Translations under genes and position numbers: made by a program
Shown here: positions 13,001-26,400 of the stretch, piece by piece
How positions within the stretch are numbered: position 1 is the first letter of the stretch
How the letters are laid out: each line of letters opens with the position of its first letter
Origin: Ostrea edulis
Lineage: Eukaryota
Reading direction: 5' to 3'
NCBI RefSeq assembly: GCF_947568905.1
Contig: NC_079172.1
Location: 42,408,001 to 42,472,000, forward strand
DNA: 64,000 bases
The notes under the pieces: model-generated
Told to the model about the DNA's origin: nothing
Databases searched by the model: none
The model's input: only the letters and a program-made list of their open reading frames with translations

Positions 13001-16000
13001 TATATACAAGGAATCGGTGTCAGCTGTCCTTTCTATTGATTTTAATGCAGATTAAATTTACCATTATTTTTCATTTACAAGCTGATGTTAGTAGACGTTT
13101 TGAGTAAACATTTGTTATAAAAGCAGTTTCATTGTATTCTGATGGTACGTACAATTTAATCACAGAAAGTAAAACAAATCAACAAGTGAGAAATATCAAG
13201 TTTCACCACGGAAAATGCTAATGGCAATAGAAATATTGTAAATTCTGTTGATCCGCCATTTCTTATGTATCACCTGCGTTCAGTAGTACATAGCACAAAT
13301 ACAGTTCAACATGAATGGGTTTGCGAATCAATGTTGCTAGATTTACACGTAGGTCTCACTGAATGATTGTTCTTGTCAAATCCATGCCTCTGAAGTTTTC
13401 ATCCTGTGTTATTTGTTGTTTTGTAAAATTTATTTTTAAAGAAAAATTTTGCGTAAAAAATTTTCTTTCCATTAATTGAAACAAGGGGTATAAGAACACT
13501 GGGCAAAAACTGTCACATTGTCGCAAGCCACGCCTATTGACTCTGTTTGAACTATGTCAAATGAGGTAGGATAGGTACTACCGGACTCAGTAACCGTGGC
13601 TAGCGACGATGAAACTGTCAGTACAAATGATTGCAGAACCAGCTAGATATCCCAGTTGTTGAGAGAGAGAGACAGTACAGACAGAGAGAGAAACAGAGAT
13701 TAAGTCAGAGAGTCAATATAAGAGAAAGAAGAGATAGAGAGAAGAGAGAGAGAGAAGAGAGAGACAGATTGAGTCAGAGAGAAAGAGAGAGTCAGAGAGA
13801 GACGATAGAGAAAGAGAGGGTCAGAGAGAGAGGATAGAGAAAGAGAGAGGATAGAGAGAGAGACAGAGAGGATAGAGAGACAGAGACAAAGAGAGACACA
13901 CACACAAAAGTGGGGGGGGGGGGGTAGAAAAAAAGAGACAGAAACCAGACTGAGAGACTCTTTCATTAGAATTAGCATGCATCTATTCAATAGTTGTGAT
14001 TAATATTATTCATTTTCAATGATAAGAATCCTATGCCAATGAGGAATAACTAAGCTATATCAACTTTGCCAAAAACTAAAAACAACCAAAGAGAAATTGA
14101 AGATAGCAAAATTAAAGAAATTCAAAGTATATCAAAGACTTTGTTAACATATAACTATAAGGCACATTTCTTAGAAACAGTGGAGGGAAAGTTGATCAAA
14201 TCCAGTGGCGGATCCAGAAACTTCTGGACAAAGGGGCACAGTAACTGGCTGGGTGTCTGGGGGTTGTCTTGAGGCTCCCAGTGAGTCCAGGGCCAGCCCC
14301 CTGAAACTACTGAGTTATGACAAAATAATATTTTGGACAGATTTGGGTTTTTTAAATGGATCATATTTGTGATTTGTCAGGGGAGGGGTGGATGGGTTGA
14401 GGGGGGGGGGGGGGAGCACTGGACCCGCCACTGAAATATCTAATTACATGTGAATACATACCACGTCTTTGTTGAGGGGTTAACTTACTCTCTATGTTTA
14501 TCAATTAACAAAACACAGAGGTCAAATCATATATAAACTTTACTGTACATAAAAATAGACATTCTTTTAGAATTAATTCCTGTATATTAGCCATACTTTT
14601 GAAACAAAACACAATCATCAATTTTTAAAAACAAATAGAGTCAGCACATCTAGTTCCTATAATGATAGCTATAGACAATCTAATACTATCACTCCGTTCC
14701 ATTCATATTTTAGAACTCGATAACAATTTTGATATGAACAAATTCACTAAATGCATATTTTGTCATCACACTAGTGTACACATGTTCTAACCAGTTAATG
14801 TCCTTGTTGCATACATACCTCGTTCAGCTTTCTCCGCCTCCTCTTGGAGTTTTCTGGCTGCTTCTTCTGCCCTCATTGTGGACTCGTAGAGAGCCTGCTG
14901 AGCACACTGGTCAATCAAACTGACCACTCCTTTACACTCCAGGTTATTGCCATCTAAGTACAACTCCCTACAACACAGGCCGTCAGATTATAAATACATG
15001 TGCATTGTCAAAATTGACCTTTCTATTCTCCAAATATTCAAACAATTGATTAGTAATATGGATGAGCAACAACTTCTGATCAATATCGATATAGAAGAAA
15101 TGCTTGAGAAACATGTGCAAAATTGAAAAGGGTTATACACATGTGTCATTTAATTGATTATAGTGTTAAATAACAATTCAAGATATTATGCGAACAGTAT
15201 CTTCCTCTGTCAAGAGTGGATTTACCCTTGACCTTTAATTATGTGACCTCAAAATCAGTAGGGGGTCATCTATTTCTTCAGATGTACCAGCTAGTGTACC
15301 AAGTTTGGTGTCAATCAAGCAAACAATTCTCAAAATATAGAGGAGACAATACATTATTATGTCCAGTTTGATTCTTGACCTTTGACTATGTGAACTCAAA
15401 ATCAATAGAGTTCATCTACTCCTTACAAATCGTACCAGTGTTCCAAGTTTGATATCTGTCAAACAAAGCGTTCTTAAGATATTGAGTGGATAAGACTTGG
15501 TCTACAGACCTACAAACAGACCAACAGGTGCAAAACCATCTGCCCCTCATTTTTCAAAGGGGGGGGGGGCATATAATTACATGCAAGATTCCATGAGTGG
15601 GTATAATCAGTAATTAATTGGTAACCGGTAATCTTGATTCTAATACAGTTAAACCTGTCTGATATGACATCTGTATATCATGTTTCACCATGAATTTAGA
15701 CCCTATTTTCATTAACTATTACCTTTTTTCAATTTCTTCACACTACAAATTCTAACATCCTGTCTAATCCAACACAAAACTCATCTCCAAGAGTAATTAT
15801 CAGATTAGACAGGTTTCACTGTATAAATGTAAAACTCATCTCCAAGAGTAATTATCAGATTAAACATGTCTCACTATATAAACGTAAAACAGAATTATCA
15901 TAGAGTAGTACAGGCAGTGGTTTTGTATGAGAGGCTTTACCTGACCGCTGTTTTGACCAGCATTTTGCCCAGGATATCACCACTTTCTACACCCAGATCA

Positions 16001-17896
16001 CAGTAACACATGCTAATCGACAGTAGCGTGATATTTCCCTCCAGTCCTTTACAAAAATATCGGGCTCCTTCATCTCCAAACCTGTAGATTTAGGGTTAGT
16101 TAATACATAGTAATGTCTATTTTGTTTGACTTTCACTAATTGCAGGGTTTTCATGTTTCAAAGAAAAGTGAAGAAATATTTTACTATTGTCTTTCCCAGA
16201 GGTACATTATATTTGTTGATGTTGTTGTATATGCAAAATTATCATATAATTTTTACATTTAATTTGGTAAATGAATCAACTATATGTATATAATGTGTTC
16301 TAGTGTTTTTAGAAAAAAAATTTAACAAGTTTTTCATGCTGCATTAATTTCCATTTAATCATATCGACACCATTGTGATTTTGTGTTAAGAAATATCAAG
16401 TTTTATAGAAATAAACATCCAAAAATATTATGATTCATATAATTATACTCTAATGCAAAAATTTAAGGTCCCCTTGAAAGTTCCAAGCAAGTCTAGCTGG
16501 GTTTAGATGTAACCAAAATGAGACAAAATGTCTTCAGAATTAACATACTCATTGTAGTCCAACGTAACAGAGGTCAAAGTGGAGCAGAAGTTGAAGGACC
16601 TCGTGAACCGCTGAAGGGAGTATCCCTCCAAAAGGCAGTCCAGGAACTCCATATATTTCAGGGGGTAGCAGGCCTTCTCCATCAGCAAAGCCTACAATGT
16701 ATCGGAATACCCCTCTCACTTGTTAATGTGTACATGTTATGTCTGCAATATTTTTTCACTGTGACGTTTTAAAACATTGTTGGATAAGATAAGCGTCAGT
16801 TTTGCTAAGAATGGCTCAAATACTGACAATCTCAAGGTTTGAAAATATTGTGAGTGTGCATTCAATAAAATTGGTTCCCAATTCAGAAACTTATAGGACA
16901 TTTTTATATTTTAGTCAATATATTATCTTTAATTGAAATAAAGATTTTCTGCTGGTCACCTACCACGGTTGCCATGTTTTCGTATGTCATCGGGTAATTC
17001 CACACGTACAGATCCTGGATGTGAACATATCGTTCCTGTCTGAAAGCTGCTATTAGGGGCTCCAGTAACACAGGCAGATCCCCCTCCTTCTCCACAGGCA
17101 CAGGCTCCAAGATAAACTGCATTTGAATGGGGATAGAGTAATCATTTGAATTTGATAATGCAAAAAAATTTCAATTTTGTGCTAGAATTATTCTATTTTT
17201 TTTATTGTATGTACAATACACATATCAATACGTCACGCAAGTTACATCCCTTGTCCTCCATCTTACGGCTAAAAATCGAATTTCCCTACGTTGTAATTTT
17301 CTTATCTATAGCTTTGACATTAGTTATTTTTCCATCAACTGCAGTCAACTACATAAATTAATGCCCCAGGGTGAGGCAACCCATAAACTTGTATGAAAGC
17401 TTGATAATTATAGCTATGATCACAATAGTAACACCGTACATTTGGTAGGGTATTAAAGAAGGAAAACTTGGTCTTTCACCAATTGACCTTTGGCTGACCC
17501 CACAAAGGAATGTAACTCGCGGTCAAGTGTTGATATGTGTATCATATGAAAAAATCCAACTGTCAAATTTTACCATCACTCAAAATGCTAGCAAGTTATA
17601 TTGTCTATTAAATAATTGTCCTATGTTCGTTACTGTAATTCTCATGTTTAATGACACCTTGTCATTAATGTTTCATGACACCCTGCAGATAAACCTACAG
17701 TAGAAAGCACTTTCTCATTCTCCTTGCAATCTCTCAATGCACTTTTGATTCTGGGACTCATTTGGGACTCGGTCAGTCCACAATTCCTCTCATAACATTT
17801 CAGCAGACTGTGCACAATATCCTCTGCTCCAGCCACTGTTTTCTTGGCCTTCTTTTTTCCTTTGCCTTTTCCTTTTTTCCCACTCTTTTTCGGCAT
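10090..17896 (-). CDS. Leucine-rich-repeat (RNI-like) protein with Lys-rich termini, 10 exons, 413 aa
   Basis: Exons 17896-17699, 17116-16964, 16691-16549, 16081-15941, 14967-14819, 12927-12850, 12380-12236, 12002-11893, 11703-11591, 10101-10090. All introns are GT-AG with compatible phases; total 1242 nt, ending KKK*. LRR motifs include LTSVTLDYNEFGDEGA, ELYLDGNNLECKG, KLHVADNGID and ELDLEKNLIGDMAG. Confidence 0.85.
10750..10911. repeat. ~37-bp tandem repeat with a degenerate tail extending to ~11420
   Basis: Unit tgtgtatgacatggacacttcttgtgtacacatttgttc, 3-4 copies. Confidence 0.8.
10912..11132. mobile_element. Hairpin MITE inserted in the tandem repeat in intron 9 of the LRR gene
   Basis: Inverted arms of ~95 bp: aatcggaactcctcgaatgtctcg ... 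cgagacattcgaggagttccgatt. Confidence 0.8.
13660..13900. repeat. GA-rich compound microsatellite
   Basis: (GA)n with gaca/gata variants. Confidence 0.9.
15170..15575 (+). mobile_element. Helentron/HINE-like element (tgaccttgacct family)
   Basis: Internal tgacctt repeats, a caga microsatellite and a 3' hairpin tgcccctc...ggggggggggca. Confidence 0.5.
15646..15821. mobile_element. MITE with TA target duplication, related to 9174-9332
   Basis: TA|cagttaaacctgtctga ... ttagacaggtttcactg|TA, followed by a degenerate duplicate of the right end. Confidence 0.75.
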
Positions 17897-20800
17897 CTTT
17901 TAAAATACAATGAAATATTTAATACTAAATTTAACTCCGGTTACACTTGTAATGAATATTTAAATGGGGAAAATGTCCCACCTGTCTTATATGTGTATCA
18001 TCAGTCTATATCATTAAAAACCCAATTTTAAGTTGACACCCCCAAATTGTAAGTTGCCTGCCAATCAAACATTTAACAATAGATCTCAGGTGGAGTGACA
18101 TCTGCAGACACTGTGGTCTGGGGCTACCCCAGAGAGGTGTTTTGATAACAATAACAGCCAGTATCTACAGGCATTCTTTAGATCTTGAGGAAGCCCAGTA
18201 TACCTGAGTTTTGATAGCAATGACCTGTGCACAACTGCTATTTTCTTGTAATTCAATTGTTTTTAAAAAGGCCCCTGAACAATGCAATTTCAATATAATT
18301 GTAATTTTCCCCCTCTATATACCTGTATTATTTACACAATCAGAAATCAAACAATAATTTCTAAAACTTGTAACTTATTGAAATAATTTATGTCATCAAT
18401 TTATGATACCTCTATATTTATAACAGAAATTATTCATTGAGTCAATGACAGAGAGAGAGAAAGAGGGGTGGGTGTAGAATGTGTCAGCTACCCTTAGGAA
18501 TACAACCATTATTCAAACACTATGACCACAGAAACTCTGCAGAGGTCCCTGAGACAGGTCCTGTGTATATCAAAACTATATAAAAAAAACAAAAAAAACA
18601 TGGACAGGTAGATTTCTACCATGTTCTGTCTCTGTGTATTAAATCTTTGAGTGTCATGGGATATAGCAATTAACACCTTGGTATAGACCCTGGCCACTCC
18701 AGGTAAATAACATCTGTTTAGATTAGGCTCCGCCTACATTTTCACTGACCGTACGGTCATGAGATGGGTCTTTAAGAGAAATCCTTCAAATGATATATCT
18801 AGGAATAGGGTAGAAGATGTCAGAATATTGAATGGAAGGAGGAAACTTTAGAAAGAATGGACAGCATTTTACAAGAACAATGTGAAGTAAATACATTTAA
18901 TGTAGAGCTATTGTAATTAGCAGGTTTAGGAGAAGATTTTTAAAAAATGAAAATCTACATAAAAAGTTTCATCGCAATTCTCAATGCAAACAAATTACAT
19001 AAATATAAATGGGGCAAAAAATCGAGGAAACTCGAACAAGATTGAAAAGACCTTTGGATGCGTTATTTGTTTATTAATTCAGAGTCTCTTGACCAAAAGG
19101 TTTCTCTATCTAGCTTGATCATTTTTTTAAATTTCCTTTTAAAACTTTTATAGAATTGTTAATCAGCTAAATCAACTTTTATTTTTTGTCTTTTCATTCA
19201 ATTATCAACATTTTACCTTTGTTGACTGTTGTTACGTTCTTTTGAACCCAAGCGCACAAAAGATCTCCGTTTCTGGGAGATAACTCGTGCAGTAAAAATG
19301 CTTCTCAGCTGTGCACGAGATAGTCGGTTTCGATGCCCTCTAGTTTTCCCCAAATATATTTTCTTAAGGTCAAATAGACAAACTCCTATGCAAATTCTAG
19401 AAAACTCTCAATTTGATGAACATGGGCAAGATTAATTTTGAAACAGATAAATTAGATAACCAGGGCCGCTGGGTTTATAAGCGAGTACATGTATATGTCA
19501 AAATCGCAGGCGCTTTGGAGTCGCAGTATGTAGGTGAAAATCCACTGTTTATCTGTAATTTTTTCTATCAATCAAATGACTGTGTTTTCATTTGTAATAC
19601 TGATGCATTGTTATTCCAAGTGCGTCGGTGTCACTTCAGACGTTGGCACTTTCTAGAATTTAAAATTGATATACCGTAATGCATCGATATATAATTAGAT
19701 AATTACATGTACCCTCTGATTCCACGCGTCATAAGCTGTAACAAACTTAAGAGATAATGAAGCAGAAATTTCAAAATGATAAAGACAAAATGCACTGACG
19801 GGAACGTCTGTATAGGAACCATTTGATTAATCTCGTGATGAGGACCTGACAGCATCTTAAACATTGCCGAGGAGTTCTGACTCACTGTTCAGATAGATAC
19901 ACGGCCTGACAAGAGCGGGTCATCTAGCAAAACAAAGAAGTGGATCTCAAAGGCCGAAATTCCGCACGGGGAATCGCAACACGTACGTACCTTTAATTTA
20001 TAATCACCAATTAATTTCTCCGCAGAATGTTGCATGGTATTTTGTACAAATTCGATAGATTCTTTGTAGATAAATGCATGTACATGCATGTGTTTTATTT
20101 GGCATACATACCGGCTCAATTAACCTGATGTGAAGTGTAGATCGGTGGGTTGTTTAATTTTTTTTCTCTGGACATTATTGTAAGTTTTAAATTAAAAGTA
20201 CGAACTTCCTGCAATTAGCACGCCATCGGTTATGTACTTCGACAGGAGCCTTACAATGGCAGGATATAAATATCATAAAATTGTTTGCAGGTGGTTGTCT
20301 TTGTTTTTGCACAACGCACATAAAGATTTATAAACATACACACACACTGGTTGGTGCGCACGTGTTTTATATTGTATGTAAACATTTGTGCATATGCAAT
20401 ATCATTCCAGCTGATATGCATCTCCCACGTTCAAACTACAAGATAAGAATGCCAGACTCCTTGAGCTTAATGAAAGAGTTAGAAATATATCTAACTTATC
20501 GACTTCGGGCATGAAATACTGTCAAGTTCAGCAAAACATTCTAAGAGGGTTTAACACAGAAGTTATTTGATGGCTCATCATTTTGTGAACCAGTGTTTAC
20601 CATCAGCGTTCGATCTGTCGACGATTTTCTGGCCGTCTCTCTTGGTTTCTGAATTACTCTACAAATTGTGTATAGTTTTGAAAAATGTGCCCTGTAGTGT
20701 TATCATTCGGGATTCAAAATAAACAAAGAAAATTGTTAAAAATTTGTCTACGGAATGTGATTCCGAGTCAGAGAGAATTGCACCCCCTGACTCAGCTCGC

Positions 20801-21148
20801 GGCATTAAAGAGTGTCTTATCAGCGTTTTCACTGAATGCTGATTGAGTTCTTAGCTTCCACTGCAAATGATATTCGATTCCTCTTGTTTTAATCATGGAA
20901 AGCTATGTACCTGAATAAGTTTATTCGTATGTAACGTGTGACTTTGGGTAAGTCAACCGAAATACAGAATGTAAGTTAGGTAATATCTTCGAAAGCTGCG
21001 TCATACATGATGTATTTTTCTAGAGACATTTTTCTACAATGAGCGTTGAATTTGGAGCTTGTTTTCTGGTATTGTGCTTCTGCTAGTTTTAACCAAACAA
21101 TGATTGATGATGAATTAGAAAAATCAATATAAATAAATAAATAAATAA

Positions 21149-21213
<65 letters not shown>

Positions 21214-21672
21214 TGTATAAATCATTGTAAAATTATCTCTATACCATATAGTTATTGGTTTATGAGAGTAAAGAATACTATGGGTAAGTGGAAAAAAGCT
21301 ATAATTAATGATGGTAACATAAATTTGATGACGCTTATCATAACTCACTCATCATGGATTGTATACAGAGAATTGGGCCATCTTTTCACACCAAAAACTG
21401 AAGAGTTATAGTGTACCTAATCTTTATTTTTTATCATCATTCTTTGTGTTTGACGAACTAACTACACTGGAACACTTGAACGCGATGCTTCTTTCGGTCG
21501 ACCAAACGGCAACACTCAAATTGATATGGAAATAAGATTGCATGCTATGTGTATGCATCTTAAATTGCATGTGTAGTGTTTTGTCCATCAGGAGACTTGC
21601 TTTTGCGAAATAGGCATATTGCATTAGTCTTAAGAATCCTTTGAAAGAATCATATATTCAACCGTAAATGTT

Positions 21673-21703
<31 letters not shown>

Positions 21704-23482
21704 CACATCGGCCCAGAGTTCCCACTGCCGCGAAGTAAGATTTCCCCTCCATTTTAGGTGGTGTCACACCCCCTTTGAAAATTTTCTAGATACTTATATA
21801 TATATATAACCAATGATAAAGTTCATTTCGCTTAGATTGTTTTCTTTTATATTTTTTTTAGAATCACTATCAATCAAGTTTCGTTGAAATAATGCCTAAA
21901 GATAGTGGTCTCTGTCTCTGTAAATTGCCAGTTTCATTAACTTAGAGTTATATGCCGGTTTTAGTATTTTTCAACATGAAATTATGATTAAAAAACTATT
22001 CCGTATAGATGGGGATCTCAACATAATCCGACAAGATAATTTTGATGCAAAGATTAAAATCGGCCGCTAAACTTTTAAAAAATATTCTCCACTACATGTA
22101 CATGTATTTCCAAAGAAACACGAAAATTGAGATATGAAATACTTTATTTCAAAAATGGTAACAAAAGTAAGAAACAATTTTAAAATGAATACTCATTATT
22201 TATGTAAGAGCCCTTAAGAGTTTCGAAATAAATTATGAATGTATGAAATATAATTCTTTATGTTTCAATATTGGGTGTGTCCGATTAAAATTGCAGCAGA
22301 ACTTAGAATAAATCATTTCAAAATCAGCAGGTGCGCTTCAAAAGATCTTAAACTTACAAGTGTTACAACATGTATATCGAGGAAGTTCGGAGAAAACATT
22401 AAAAAAAAATAGTTCGTCACCCAAGTCTGTCTATGAAAAAGATGCTATAGACACAGGAAGCCATCAGCGGTATCAAACATGATAGGAGGAGATTTATAAA
22501 CTGAAACATTATTTATACCTAAATTAGATTACAGCATTTGTACTTCAAAATCCTATTAGCCTTACACCAGATTTCATTATTATAGTCAAACAAGGCCCCC
22601 TTTGGCCGATTAGGGCGAACTAGGGAACTTTAAGCGACCAACAGACCCCTTGTCTCTTACCACGCCCGTCTAAATTGAAATCCTAAATTGCAGAAACCAA
22701 ACACGCTTCAGAACTGTGTTTGCTGGACCATAGGAACCGGTAATTTTGTCTGTAATGATAATAGTACGGGTCTATACCATACCACCCCCTAATAAAAATA
22801 GGGGGCAGTATAGTATTCACCCTACGATTATTATTATTAGAGGCAAAATTAGTGGTTCCTGTGACTGGACTAACTCTACAATCCGATTTGCATGTAGCGA
22901 ATTTTAAACAAAGCAATGGCCAAAATATATATAAATATTTACAGCTGTAGCATATTCAAACCAAACTAACTTTTGTTTTTATTAATGCAATTACTCAATT
23001 AATATCTGGAAACCCATAATGAGTAGCTTCTATATTTTACACACTGCTACTCCGGGGAGTATGTCGAATATAATCGTTAATTGTTGAATGATAAATAAAA
23101 ACGAAACTTATTAATTACAGTAATCAAGAACCATATTTAGATATTTTTTTTAAAAACCTTTTATTTAGAATTGTTATACATGTTACATGTATTGGTAAAG
23201 AAGTGCTCTACAGAAACAATAAAGAATTATTTTTAACTCCACAAGTAGATCGACCGCTCCTTACATCTGATGCTGGATGTATCGTTACCACCGTGATTGA
23301 TATATTCATTCTATGGTCTGTCGCATGATACTTGCGAAAAAAGCCCCAGTTATATTTAAAACCAAGTATCTCTCCTCTTTAGAGAAAAGCCTCAGTTATC
23401 TAAAACCCATTATCTCTCCTCTTTAGAGAAAAGACTCAGAACTTATTTAAAACCGAATATATCTCCTCTTTAGATCTGAAGA

Positions 23483-26400
23483 ATGGTGTCGGCCAAACCA
23501 TTCAAGAATCAGAAATACCAACACATAAAGAGAGAATGCATCAAGAAGAAATCGCTGTTCAGGGACAGTGAGTTTCCACCAGAGGGCGCGTCCCTGTTCT
23601 TCAGCAAAGCGGCCCCGGGAGACATAGTCTGGAAACGACCAGGGGTAGGTGACTTATTTTCAACGATATTACGAGTAGTTGTTCAGGGGCGGATCCAGGA
23701 ATTTTTGAAAGGGTGTTTTCTCATTAATTTTGGTTTATAAAAGGGGTACCCTCAAAATGCGTTATTTTTACCTTTTTCAGCAAGGTTTTCTCACAAGGGG
23801 GGGGGGGTTCAAATCCCGGAACCTCCTCTGGACCCACCACCGTTCTTTATTCAGAAAATACAACACAATTCGTATGAGTACCAACTCAATATCTAATATA
23901 ACATAGTCATATATTTGTATTATTATTATCATCATCAAAAACAGCTATTTGCTATGTAAAGAGGTTCCATTCGTAGGTTTGGTAATTTTACATTTCTTTA
24001 GCCTTTGTGTTTCTATACTACAACCGAACTAATTATTTGGTACTACATGTAGTTTGTACCAATGCAAGCTAATTATGAATAACATGTATAAACTGTGACT
24101 GTTTTAATCCCCCCCCCCCCCCCAAAAAAAACCCAACCTTAAGCAATCGATCTTTTTATAGTGTTTTATTTTGATAATTTTACAGATATCAGATTTTATG
24201 TCATACTGTCATTTAATTTCATTTAATTATGTTTTATTGTCGCATTCCTTTGCTTATCCTTGTAAAGCACCTTGGAGTAATTTAATTTATACAAGGCGCT
24301 GTATCAATTTTATCATCATTATTATGTAATTTAGGAACATATACAGAGAGTTATTTCAGAATATGATACATGATACATTACCCGACAGTCCAATAGAGTC
24401 AAACTTGAACATCTAATATCAACGAACTGGTTGAATTATAAACACTCGTATGAAAGGTGAAGATAAAAAACAGTGAACAATCTCATAACTCCTATAAGGA
24501 ATACAAAATAGAGAGTTGAGCAAACACGGACCCCTGGACACACCAGAGGTGGGATCAGGTGCCTAGGATTAGTAAGCATCCCCTCTCGACCGGTCACACC
24601 CGCTGTGAGCCCTATATCTTCATCAGGTACACGGAGTTATCCGTAATCAAAATCAGTAAGCCAAAAACGGCCTAACTGTCGTATGAAACACGTCAGACAG
24701 CATTTAACCCAAGGATAGGTTGTATTGCCATTCTTTTTATCGTTAGCGACGTAGAGTTATCGTTGAAAAAAAAAATCCCAATTTAGCGTCTTCCGTTGTA
24801 TCGACGTTACTTTTTAGTGTAACATGAAGTGGTGTCTGTACCCATCTGATCATATGCCAAGTAAGAAATGTTTTACTTTCAGGAAATAGTTTCCAATCCG
24901 AGGTTTTTTATTGACGGCAGTAAAGCAGACGACTTGTCGCAAGGTTCCCTGGGTAATTGCTGGTTCGTGGCGGCGTGTGCGTGTATCGCGGAAAGGAAGA
25001 ATCTTTTGAGAAAGGTATTCCATAAACCGGCGGGTGGATCGAAATATCTTGACATGAAATGTGTTGACTAGTATACAAACATGTACGTTTTCGGACCGCT
25101 GTTTTGAACTTTGATTGACGATTAAAAGATATGTTTTATTAATCAAATTACAGATTGTTCCCGACATTGAGGAACAGGATTGGGGTAGAGGTCGGAAGTA
25201 TGCTGGGATATTCCATTTCAAGTTCTGGCAGTGTGGCGAATGGGTCGATGTCGTCATCGACGATTACCTTCCCACCCGTCAGGGGAGACTAATCTTCATG
25301 CACTCTAAATCAAGAAACGAGTTCTGGACCGCACTTCTGGAGAAAGCATACGCCAAGTACTTAGTTAAAATAGCAAAATTCAGAATTTACCAGTACATGT
25401 CTATACTACACTTATGTAAACAGTGTGCGCAATTTTTTAAATAGATTATTTGGTGATTACGAGTCATTGGTCGCCGGGAAAGCGAAGGATGCTATGGTGG
25501 ACATGACTGGGGGCGTGGCCGAGGGTATAGAAATCAAGGACTACAACGCGGAGGAAGGGAGGAAAAAGCTATTCAAGATTCTGCGTAAATCTAAAGAGGA
25601 TAAATCTCTGATGAGCACATCCATCGCTGTAAGTGTGTGTAGGATTTTTTAAATTAACTTGAGTAGTCCCGTGGGGATTCGGGTTAGAATAGGTCCTCAG
25701 TACCCCTTGTTTGTCGTAGGAAGCGACTAAATATGGCGGTCCTTCGGATGAGACTGAAAAAACCGAGGTCCCGTGTCACAGCAAGTGTGTCACGATATAG
25801 ATCCCTCCCTGCTCAAAGGCCGTACGCGCTGAGCATAGGTCTAATTTTTGCAGTCCTTCACCGGCAATGGGGACGCCTCCATATGAGTGAAATATTCTCG
25901 AGAGGGACATTAAGCAATATACAATCAACCAATCAAAACCTTGAGTAGACACATGTGTATCACAGACAATTTTCAAAGGAATTTGGGACCTAAATTGATA
26001 CTTTTTCAAATTGAAAAGGGTTGAGGATTACAGATCCAAAATTGCAGGAAGTGACATTTTTGGTTTCCCGCTCTCCCTTCTAGATCTGTCTCTGTAATAA
26101 TTCTGAATCAAGCCACCTAAACTGTATTTAACTTTTGCTAGTTCTGTTTACTCTTCCTTAGTTATATATTCTAGCTTGGTCAGTCTTCCATCCTTGTCAC
26201 TAGTTTGAACAACAGATCTATTATACTATAGAGTTGTGTTGAAAGCTCTATTGTGTCGTTTTCAGGCCACTGGGAAGGAGATGGAGGAAAAGCTTGCCTG
26301 TGGGCTAGTAAAGGGCCACGCCTACAGCGTGACTGACGTACGAAAGATAAAGTTAGGAACAGGACTAAAATCCATTTTCAGCAGAGAGAAAATCCATATG

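Noticed and set aside
13200-13290. Minus-strand AAATGGCGGAT (start- or YY1-like) suggesting a nested gene
   Set aside because: The ORF stops after 13 codons, and I found no coherent downstream exons.
13631-13990. Arg/Glu-rich and Leu/Ser-rich ORFs
   Set aside because: They are translations of the GA microsatellite.
18080-23400. Possible extra gene between the LRR gene and calpain-1
   Set aside because: Only scattered splice-like sites and short ORFs with no domain signal; probably UTR exons, promoter and decayed repeats.
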